From an uncultured archaeon (GTDB lineage: Archaea; Asgardarchaeota; Thorarchaeia; Thorarchaeales; Thorarchaeaceae), in contig CAYHAA010000007.1 of NCBI GenBank assembly GCA_964354495.1, forward strand, positions 107,859 through 138,555: 30,697 nucleotides of DNA. Direction: 5' to 3'. Below, piece by piece: positions 7,582 through 15,522 of the stretch (positions within the stretch are counted from its first letter, which is position 1; each line of letters begins with the position of its first letter). The notes under the pieces are model-generated. The model was given only the letters and a program-made list of their open reading frames with translations, was not told the origin of the DNA and did not search any database. The position numbers were made by a program, and so were the translations under genes.

Positions 7582-10500
7582 ATACTCTAACTAGCATCCC
7601 AAGTATAATGGCTATAAACATCATCTTCACACAAAAGATCACCCAAGACATGAAGCAAAATCTCCTTGCCAAGAGATTCTTACCTGCCTGCGTGTAGTGA
7701 TTCCACCATTCTTTAAAGATAAACCATCCGTTTATACCTGCAATAATGCCTTCGATGATGAGGGTGCTAAGTGTTAGAACCAAAATCCCAAAAGCAGCAG
7801 ATGCAGACACTCTCCCAGATAATACTCCATCCCAGAGCGCCGCGAGTCCCAAGAACATAGCAAGAGTATATGCTATAACAAGGACAGCTAGTAAAGCTAG
7901 CTGTGGCGGAGTAGGAAGTTTGGTGACTAATGCAAGAAGTATGTCAATTGCACCCATAACAATCGCCGCTCCCCAAAGAATAGCAGCATCAACAGTGAAT
8001 GCTTCTGCAAAGAGGTCCAATACTCCAGTCTGAGCCATCAGAGTGATTTGGCCATCAGTCAAGTGGTCATCTACTGGAGTATCTACAGCAAAATCCTCCA
8101 AAACGGTGTTTCCAAGGAGGTCAACTGCCATCTGATATGCATATGTAGCACCAGATTCAAGTGTACCCGTCGTTCTTGAGTGCAGCACAGGCCACCACCC
8201 CGTCCACCATGAAATAGTGCCGGCGATTGCAATGGCAATCAGCATGTCAACAAAGCTCACGGCCGCAGGACTGGGGCTGTATCCAGAGGATGCTCCATCT
8301 GCCTCCTCCGGCTCCGGCACCGAGGTGTCTTGACCCGCGTAGAGCCCGATGGCGTGGAGGCGCAGGCCGATGAGGTTGTAGGAGCTGTACCTCTCAGCCC
8401 GTATTGCCAGATACTTGATCTGCCTGAAGGGATTCGCCACAGCCCCGAGGTCCCCGGACTGGATGGTACTGCTCAGGTCCTTGATCTTGTACGTGATGTG
8501 CTCATTTTCTACCTTCAGCTCGCCCATTCTCCAGAAGGAACTTGAGATATAGCCCGTAGTGTCTGATGTAGGGCTTCCACCCTCAGGGTAGTAGACTACG
8601 TGGAAATATCCACGATAGGACTCTATCAAGTCATCGCCCCAATGGATCGATAGCACAATATTCATGTTCACATCAAAGAGGGCAACATACATCTTGCCTA
8701 GGCTTCGATATTGCTGAATCAACTCGCTCTGTATGTAGAAGAGGCGAAGATCATGCAGGATGAACGGATTCTCGAATTCATGCACGTAATTCGGTCCATG
8801 CCAACCTGGAGGACTACTAGGTATTCCTGTTGGTGTCATATATTCTGTCCCGGGAGGTACAACAATCTCACCGGTTGTCACCACGCCCCAGTTGAAATCG
8901 GGATCACATTCGAAATTATCCATGTCATGGCACGAATCCAGCAGTGTGACTGCTCGCTGGGACCACTTCAGGTCGGCCACCACATTGATGTCATGTATCC
9001 TCATCTCGACGAGGGCGTAGTGAGAGTACCTCTGACCTGTAAGGACCACGTACTGTATCACACGCGAAGCATTGTCACACTCGCCCAGTCTGACCATAAC
9101 GCCACCGATACTGGAGAATATCGAGCCCTCGTCTCCTGGGTAGGAGCCCCACCAGAGCTTGCCAGTCTTCATGAAGGAAGAATAGATGTACTCCGGGTAC
9201 TGGGTATAACTAGTCCCATTCTGCATATAGTAGGTATAGAAATAGCCCTTCTTAGAACCAACCCACGAATCACCCCAGCCAATCTCCATAACAATCTGTT
9301 TCTTCTCATCAAACAGACCAACGAACGTCTTTCCCATGGTCGAGAGACTCTGAACCAATTCCCCAACCACAGAGAACTCACTGAGCTGACACAGCCTGAA
9401 CGGTCTGTCCAAGACATGGACGAAATTCGGACCATGCCACCCTGTTGGACTGGCTGGAATATCTGTAGGAGTCATATAGCTCTGTCCAGAAGGGACTGTG
9501 AAGTTGCCATCAGAGACCGTGCCATATCCGAAATCCAGGTCTTTATGGAAATTGTCCATATCATTACAATTGTCGTGAAATACTGTATAGTCAGAAGCTG
9601 CATAATTGAGTTGCACATTATCGATATGTGCATCATTCATCATATAGGAAGAAGAACGGCAGCTCTGTATCACTATGTATTTGACAATACGGTCTGTATT
9701 GATATCAGTCCACTTGAATAGCCGTGTTTCATTCATCTCCGGAACATTAGCATAGATCCCCTGGTGGGGGTCGTATCTAATCTGGACAATTCCTGAGCTA
9801 TCGCCATAGATTGTTGGAGAACTCAGGCTTGCCGACGTGGTGCCATCTTCAAAGTAATATCTTGCTTCAAACGCCTCTCGCTGGTCGCTAACATAAATGG
9901 AAGGCCAGAAGTCGACTACTCTGAGATAGAGCACAATCCTCATTCTATCATCATAAAGACTGACTGAAGTAAGACTTACCTGACCTTCGTCCACCTCATG
10001 GTAGATTGAGAGGTTTGTTGATATGGAACCCATATCACCTATCCTGAAGTATGATGGGAGGGTTCTGACAAACGAGGGACCGTGCCATCCAGTACCAGTT
10101 GGAATGGAGTTGACATAGATGTAGTCGCCAGTGGAGTGAATCGACCCAGTGCTCGTTGTTGCTCCAGGGAATGGAGGCCAAGTTGACTCATATTCATAAT
10201 CAGCTTTCGTACAGGGGTCGGTCCACGATCCCCCAGTCCGCTTAGGGTTGCGTCCTACTATCGGCTCTTGCCAGACTTCATCAACCTTCTGTTTCTGTAT
10301 GTATGTTCCTCCTGCATCAATCTGGCTTAGAGCGATTGAGTCAACTAGCGTTACATTATTGCCGTCAAGAGTGGGTCCGCTGGCAGTCACATTGACAACC
10401 ACTTGCAGGAACTCATGCCCATCGCCTGTGTACTTTAGCCAGCCTGAATAAGTTCCACCAGTGAATACTGGCGTTGAGTTTACCCATTGACCTCCTGTGA

Positions 10501-11515
10501 TATATAGCGCGGTTGTGTAGAATTCGCTGAATAGACCAGATGACTGCAAGTCATATTCGAGCCAATCAGGAGGCAGTGACTCACCCCCCCCGGGAACATA
10601 GGATGAATTGATGTAGTAGTTCTTTGTGTACGTAATATGAAGTACGCCGAGTTGCCGAACAGTCTCAACACCATCGATGTCAACATAGAATCTGTAGTAA
10701 TGCTCAATCTCCGCTCGCAAATCAGCAGGCAGCAAATAGAAGTCGGCAGGTGAGAAGTAGGTTTGAACAACTGCTTCTCTATAGACCATTGAATCTTCTG
10801 TATAGGTTGAGTTGTAGGTATCATCAATGGTCTCAATCTCGTTCAGAATAATCTCTTCAAAGTCCATAACATGAACGCTTTTGCCAGATTCAATGAGTTC
10901 TTTGGCTTTTGTGAGCTCTTCTTCCCTATATTGACTTGCAGCATCCTCATCAAATCCGAATGCCAACATGATAGTCGTAACGATCTCGACATTTGTGACC
11001 TCAGCCGGTCTTGCTCCGGGAACCGTATACAATTTCTTGCCCGAGTCTTGGTCACCATGTCGAATGATGTTTCTGCTGGAGCAAGAAGTGAACAGATGAA
11101 TTGTGGCTACAGAGTCGTCAATAATCTGTGCCATGGTCTTCCAAGCAGTGATGCGACTACCTGTGACTATTCCAAGAGGACCACCATGCGAAACATAGAT
11201 TATGATGCCATCTGTGACTGATTGAGCAACATGGGGATCATCAGTTTTGATTACACTAATTCGGTTTGGAAAGAACGGGTCATCATGAATGAACTTGGAT
11301 AAACGGTTGATGAGGTCCTGTGTTGCCCAATCCGAGTCACTGTCTTGAGACAGTTGAATGATAGTCACCCCGGGACCAGCATTCGCGTCATCAGCAGTCC
11401 AAGCAGTCGCAGCGACGAGCTGCATTGAGAGGACTGCAGTCACAAGAAAGGCACACAGTAATAGCACATGTCTTCTATCGAAACGACCTTCGAATCTCAT
11501 GCTCAATCTCTCCAC
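7556..11515 (-). CDS. Large secreted multidomain protein, candidate polymorphic toxin or recognition protein
   Basis: 1319 aa (ATG at 11500 with upstream GGAG is a likely start). Signal peptide RRHVLLLCAFLVTAVLSMQLVAA; YVSHGG...HLFTSCSS; three GWHGP repeats; hinge shared with the downstream cassettes; ~4 C-terminal hydrophobic helices. Confidence 0.9.
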   Translation of the reverse strand: MERLSMRFEGRFDRRHVLLLCAFLVTAVLSMQLVAATAWTADDANAGPGVTIIQLSQDSDSDWATQDLINRLSKFIHDDPFFPNRISVIKTDDPHVAQSVTDGIIIYVSHGGPLGIVTGSRITAWKTMAQIIDDSVATIHLFTSCSSRNIIRHGDQDSGKKLYTVPGARPAEVTNVEIVTTIMLAFGFDEDAASQYREEELTKAKELIESGKSVHVMDFEEIILNEIETIDDTYNSTYTEDSMVYREAVVQTYFSPADFYLLPADLRAEIEHYYRFYVDIDGVETVRQLGVLHITYTKNYYINSSYVPGGGESLPPDWLEYDLQSSGLFSEFYTTALYITGGQWVNSTPVFTGGTYSGWLKYTGDGHEFLQVVVNVTASGPTLDGNNVTLVDSIALSQIDAGGTYIQKQKVDEVWQEPIVGRNPKRTGGSWTDPCTKADYEYESTWPPFPGATTSTGSIHSTGDYIYVNSIPTGTGWHGPSFVRTLPSYFRIGDMGSISTNLSIYHEVDEGQVSLTSVSLYDDRMRIVLYLRVVDFWPSIYVSDQREAFEARYYFEDGTTSASLSSPTIYGDSSGIVQIRYDPHQGIYANVPEMNETRLFKWTDINTDRIVKYIVIQSCRSSSYMMNDAHIDNVQLNYAASDYTVFHDNCNDMDNFHKDLDFGYGTVSDGNFTVPSGQSYMTPTDIPASPTGWHGPNFVHVLDRPFRLCQLSEFSVVGELVQSLSTMGKTFVGLFDEKKQIVMEIGWGDSWVGSKKGYFYTYYMQNGTSYTQYPEYIYSSFMKTGKLWWGSYPGDEGSIFSSIGGVMVRLGECDNASRVIQYVVLTGQRYSHYALVEMRIHDINVVADLKWSQRAVTLLDSCHDMDNFECDPDFNWGVVTTGEIVVPPGTEYMTPTGIPSSPPGWHGPNYVHEFENPFILHDLRLFYIQSELIQQYRSLGKMYVALFDVNMNIVLSIHWGDDLIESYRGYFHVVYYPEGGSPTSDTTGYISSSFWRMGELKVENEHITYKIKDLSSTIQSGDLGAVANPFRQIKYLAIRAERYSSYNLIGLRLHAIGLYAGQDTSVPEPEEADGASSGYSPSPAAVSFVDMLIAIAIAGTISWWTGWWPVLHSRTTGTLESGATYAYQMAVDLLGNTVLEDFAVDTPVDDHLTDGQITLMAQTGVLDLFAEAFTVDAAILWGAAIVMGAIDILLALVTKLPTPPQLALLAVLVIAYTLAMFLGLAALWDGVLSGRVSASAAFGILVLTLSTLIIEGIIAGINGWFIFKEWWNHYTQAGKNLLARRFCFMSWVIFCVKMMFIAIILGMLVRVYGFWIQGY
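8330..10160 (-). repeat. Three tandem ~213-aa intragenic domain repeats
   Basis: GWHGP codons at 10076-10090, 9428-9442 and 8792-8806 (spacing 648 and 636 bp). Shared V(S/G/A)L(Y/F)D...IV and (V/I)(K/Q)Y(I/V/L)..R.S.Y motifs; repeats 2 and 3 begin D.C.DMDNF. Boundaries approximate. Confidence 0.9.
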
Positions 11516-11929
11516 TCAACCACGTAGCGCCCAAGACAGGTACGAGAACCCAATTGGTCTTGGGGCATATGGTATCCCTTACTCATGGCGGCATATAACA
11601 TGCAGTGCAGAGTGGGGCTCGTGCGTAGACCTCAACCAGAAGGACTATTCGCAGATTCTAAGCCACTTGGCACCGAGGGCAGTATTCCCGGATCCGAATC
11701 AGCTCCGAGCTCACGGGTGAAAAATAACAAAAACAGCACTCTTATCTTAACAAATGGCCACGGAATGTAAATGTACCATTCCTTATTCTATTCGCTCGGG
11801 CATCTGGATGATGAAGAGAGAGTGAGCTCGGCATGGACATAGAACCGGGAGCACATAGACATGGACAGTTGAGAGTGGTGCATGTTCTTCATAGAGCTTT
11901 TATCGAACCGCAGCTGTGTGGCTAGTGAG

Positions 11930-13033
11930 ATGTGGAGATATATCAGGCCTGACGCTTTCGGAGTGTGGAAAGACCCTGAGACCCTACGCCGGTTGCCACG
12001 CTATCGGTCGATCATAGACCAAGAACATCTCGCCAAGTATCTCCTCGCAAGAGGCACTGACTATCATGGAGACCTCTCCCAGACAACAGACAGTCTCTGG
12101 AGCGACCATCGAGAGATGTCCATGAGGTTTCACGAATATGTGCGCGCACTAGACCGCGGCGATGCTGAACCAGCCGGTGGAAATGTCGCACGCCCGACGT
12201 TCCTCGACTTGAAGGTGGAGCTGGCTCATCGCATACTTGAGAACTGTCACTTCTGTGAACGGAAGTGCGGTGCTGACAGGACCCGGGGAAAAAAGGGATG
12301 GTGCAAGCTCGGCCCTGACTCGCGAGTCTCATCCGCATTTCTGCATACAGGAGAGGAGGCTCCCCTTGTTCCCTCTGGAACGATTTTCTTCTCGTCGTGC
12401 TGCTTCGGCTGTGTATTCTGCCAGAACCAGGACATCTCAACAAATCCGAATGCCGGTCACACAGTGAATCCTGAGGGACTTGCCTCCATTGCCGAGTCCC
12501 TGTATCGCGAGGGTGCGTTGAACATCAACTATGTCGGGGGTGACCCAATCCCTAACACACACACGATTCTTGCCTCCATGACACACCAGCAGTCGAACGT
12601 GACGCAGCTCTGGAACTCCAATCTCTATTGCTCCGAGGATACCATGGCACTGCTGGCCGATGTCATCGATGTCTGGCTGCCTGACTTCAAATATGGAAAT
12701 GACGCATGTGCTGAGCGCCTGTCGGGGGTGAAGAACTACTTTGAGGTGGTCTCACGGAATCATCTGCTTGCTTATGAGGCAGGGGAGGTCATCATCCGCC
12801 ATCTGGTCCTACCCAGCCATGTGGAGTGCTGCACGATTCCCATCCTCGAGTGGATTGCAGGGCACATGCCCAATTGCATGGTGAACATCATGGACCAGTA
12901 TCGCCCGGAGCACAGGGTTCTCAAGGAACGCGAAGGGTTCTCCGACATCGCCCGGGGTTTGCATCGCGACGAGATCGACACTGCCCGTGCGAAGGCCGAC
13001 GAGCTCGGTATCTGCTGGCGCCCGGTCAGTTAA
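11930..13033 (+). CDS. PflX-family radical SAM protein
   Basis: CHFCERKC N-terminal cluster, radical SAM CFGCVFC, VGGDP, WNSN, PDFKYGN, IIRHLVLP and MDQYRP. ATG 11930 preferred over 11882. Confidence 0.9.
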   Translation: MWRYIRPDAFGVWKDPETLRRLPRYRSIIDQEHLAKYLLARGTDYHGDLSQTTDSLWSDHREMSMRFHEYVRALDRGDAEPAGGNVARPTFLDLKVELAHRILENCHFCERKCGADRTRGKKGWCKLGPDSRVSSAFLHTGEEAPLVPSGTIFFSSCCFGCVFCQNQDISTNPNAGHTVNPEGLASIAESLYREGALNINYVGGDPIPNTHTILASMTHQQSNVTQLWNSNLYCSEDTMALLADVIDVWLPDFKYGNDACAERLSGVKNYFEVVSRNHLLAYEAGEVIIRHLVLPSHVECCTIPILEWIAGHMPNCMVNIMDQYRPEHRVLKEREGFSDIARGLHRDEIDTARAKADELGICWRPVS

Positions 13034-13091
13034 CGGTGGACAGGTCACAACATTCTAATGCTGACGCACGATGTCTTCGCTGTGGAATACT

Positions 13092-13331
13092 ATGTGCCTA
13101 GCTGTTCCTGCCCTAGTCCTGTCGATTGATGGGGACTTTGCAATGGTGGACTTCGGGGGCGCTAGCAAGAAGGTCTGCGTCACCCTGCTCCCGGGCCTGA
13201 AGGTCGGAGAGTACGTCATTGTCCACACAGGGTATGCCATCGAGAAGATGAAGGCTGATGAGGCACAGAAGACCCTCGCCCTCTTCGAAGAGATGGCACA
13301 GATGGAAGATGAGATGAAGAGCCTAGAGTAA
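13092..13331 (+). CDS. hypC: HypC/HybG/HupF hydrogenase maturation chaperone
   Basis: MCLAVP N-terminus and VGEYVIVHTGYAI; true start is ATG 13092 so that Cys2 is exposed. Confidence 0.95.
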   Translation: MCLAVPALVLSIDGDFAMVDFGGASKKVCVTLLPGLKVGEYVIVHTGYAIEKMKADEAQKTLALFEEMAQMEDEMKSLE

Positions 13332-13418
13332 CATAACTGCCATTGACCGGCTCTCGGCTCACCACAACTGCGTCGTTCGCTTCTTATTTCAGGTTTCGAA
13401 CAAGATATCGAAGAGCCC

Positions 13419-13859
13419 TCAAATTGCAGTCCGGTTTTCTGAAAGCACATCATCCTCCAGCACTTCACGCCACACTCGACGATACTTCCAAGTGACTTCT
13501 ACCAACAGGACACACATGACAACTGTCGTTCCGATTGCAGTGAACTGCGATGCATAACCAAACATGATTACAAAGAGTGGTGCAACAAGAAGAGCACCCC
13601 AATAGTAACTGACAACGAGCGCTGGAGTAAGGGAAATCACGCAGAACAGAGTGTCAAGAGTCCTCCGATGAGTTCTATAAGTCTTCAGAATGTCAGCTGA
13701 TGAGCCCATCAATCTCAATGACAAGGCCTGAATCAGTATAGAAATGGATACTATGAGGATACCAGTAAAGAATAGAACAACAGCACACACAATCATCACG
13801 ACAAAGACCACGAGTGGATCTAGCATCCAGAAAACCCCCAATTCCATGCTGAGCTGCAA
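13419..13859 (-). CDS. Small 3-4 TM membrane protein of unknown function inside an insert flanked by hypC 3' repeats
   Basis: 146 aa, hydrophobic segments separated by a basic loop (KTYRTHRR); lower GC than hypC; start may be ATG 13847 or 13826. Confidence 0.65.
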   Translation of the reverse strand: MQLSMELGVFWMLDPLVVFVVMIVCAVVLFFTGILIVSISILIQALSLRLMGSSADILKTYRTHRRTLDTLFCVISLTPALVVSYYWGALLVAPLFVIMFGYASQFTAIGTTVVMCVLLVEVTWKYRRVWREVLEDDVLSENRTAI

Positions 13860-13956
13860 GTGACAGCAACGGTAGACCAGTCAAATTAACACAGATCCTA
13901 CTGCAATTTAACTTATCGTCAAGAGGCTGACAGGCCGCTGAGCAGAGTCTGTTTCT

Positions 13957-14042
13957 AGAAGATGAAGGCTGATGAGGAGAAGATTCTTGTCCTCTCCGAA
14001 GAAACAATTCAGATGGAAGCTGAGATGGATAGCAAGCAGTAA
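13957..14042 (+). pseudogene. Displaced, degenerate 3' fragment of hypC
   Basis: KMKADE-EKILVLSEETIQMEAEMDSKQ* vs hypC KMKADEAQKTLALFEEMAQMEDEMKSLE*. First 21 bp identical to 13243-13263; 68/86 overall with one 3-bp gap; the stop codon aligns. Confidence 0.9.
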
Positions 14043-14172
14043 TCTGAATGTCAGCAGAGCACCTCCGATTGGTAACAAGGCTGCACAGAGAATCTCAATT
14101 GGAGCGCTAATCTGTTTATGAGAGCTGTACAGAGTGCAGCATTACTCGTGGTCCTCATAGTTGTAGTAGGAC

Positions 14173-14676
14173 TTGACTCAGGAGCATTTGGGTGACTTGA
14201 GTTCAATAGGTCTGTTTGCGGCAGTTGTTCTCATTTGTGCTGTATCTGTGTTTCTTATTCGGGCAGTATACGAGGATAGATTGCTTCCGTGGAGGGACAG
14301 ACATGGGAATGCCTCCATACTGCTGGACTTCCTCCTGATGTCTATCATCCTTAACATGTTTATTATCACCGTACTCGATACTGCCGGCCAAGAGCTATGG
14401 AGCAGCGACCATCTATCCGCAATGATAGTGTCTGTCGGGCTGCCATTACTCTCGGCTTGGGACTCTTGGAGAACACGATGGACTAAACAAGACCAAAGCA
14501 GACAAAACAAGATACACAACATATGGGTTCGCGTGCGGCCTCTATTGATGGGGGTCCTTCTCTGCTTGATGATATGGCGCTTGGGAAGTTGGGATTTCGG
14601 GAACGCCGCAATCTATGCACTACTTGTCCTCCTGCTCTTCATTCAAATCCACAATGAGAAAGGCAGACAGACCTGA
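14173..14676 (+). CDS. Hypothetical multi-pass membrane protein (167 aa)
   Basis: About five hydrophobic segments with one basic loop; TTG start uncertain. Confidence 0.6.
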   Translation: MTQEHLGDLSSIGLFAAVVLICAVSVFLIRAVYEDRLLPWRDRHGNASILLDFLLMSIILNMFIITVLDTAGQELWSSDHLSAMIVSVGLPLLSAWDSWRTRWTKQDQSRQNKIHNIWVRVRPLLMGVLLCLMIWRLGSWDFGNAAIYALLVLLLFIQIHNEKGRQT

Positions 14677-14741
14677 AACAGTGTTGCGCCGTACCGTTGA
14701 AGGAATGGTCCAAAGCGGAAAGCCGCCAATCTATGACTCGA

Positions 14742-15335
14742 CTATCCGAGGCCTTCGAACGTCCATTGACTCCCGTATCCATTCAGGAGAAAGGCCTTGA
14801 GTTCTGCATAGGATGTAAAGCCATATTTCTTGTAGATCTTGCGACAGGCATCCATGAGGTACTCAAGGTCTTCCCGGTCCCATACCTCAATGAACTCCTC
14901 CCGAAGAAGTCCAGGTTCAAGATCACGTAGCGCTGTGACCATTGCGGTCTCATAGATGATGTAGCCGCCCTTCGTAGCCATATCCAAGAAGTACGATGCG
15001 TAGATATGTCCAACACCTTCCAGGGCCCATATCGCATCTAATCTCTCAGCCTCTGTCTTCTTGGCATCGTAGAGTATCTCAAAGGCCTCTCTGACTTGCT
15101 GTATCGTGTTGTTCTCCATGACGTATCTGATTCCAAATTCGTCCATCTGAGGGAGTTGCCCGATGTATTCGCTCAGCCTCTGTCCGAGCTGGTCATCTGG
15201 CACTGTGTCCAGTATCTTCTTGACCTCTTCTCCTGCGGTCTGCTCCATCTCGAGATATCGATTGATATCGTTATCATGGATCCAGTGCTTTCTGAACTTC
15301 TCAAGTGCCTTCTTGATGTCTATCTTCTTGCCCAT
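14742..15335 (-). CDS. Hypothetical helical protein with a helix-hairpin-helix-like motif
   Basis: 197 aa, host-like codon usage; IWALEGVGHIYASYFL fits the HhH LxGVG consensus. Confidence 0.7.
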   Translation of the reverse strand: MGKKIDIKKALEKFRKHWIHDNDINRYLEMEQTAGEEVKKILDTVPDDQLGQRLSEYIGQLPQMDEFGIRYVMENNTIQQVREAFEILYDAKKTEAERLDAIWALEGVGHIYASYFLDMATKGGYIIYETAMVTALRDLEPGLLREEFIEVWDREDLEYLMDACRKIYKKYGFTSYAELKAFLLNGYGSQWTFEGLG

Positions 15336-15522
15336 TGTATACTCTCCTTAGTTTCCAGAAGATTCTGCGCTGCTTTGTATCGCAGCTTATTAATGCACTG
15401 AGACGAGTCCCATCATGAATCTGCTTTTTCATATCGAAGCTAGGATGCGAATGACCGAGTGAATTCTGCTGCAGCATAGACAAGGCTTTTGAACAAAATC
15501 CTCCTTTGTTAGCAGGAGAACA

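Noticed and set aside
8711-9721. 336-aa plus-strand ORF
   Set aside because: Antisense shadow of the 1319-aa gene with no recognisable motifs. The same applies to the other overlapping ORFs inside purB, pflX, the nucleotidyltransferase, the dehydrogenase and pyk (e.g. 2591-3043, 4595-5146, 6294-6860, 15301-15966).
11455-11500. Twin-arginine (Tat) signal DRRHVL
   Set aside because: RR is present but the RRxFL consensus is poor; Sec export is equally plausible.
11529-11567. CCCAAGAC...GTCTTGGG inverted repeat upstream of the large gene
   Set aside because: Only an 8-bp stem with a long loop; no recognisable ncRNA or riboswitch features.
14043-14172. A third 3'-end duplication (of the 197-aa gene) flanking the 167-aa membrane gene
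   Set aside because: Compared by eye with 14742-14830; no similarity found.
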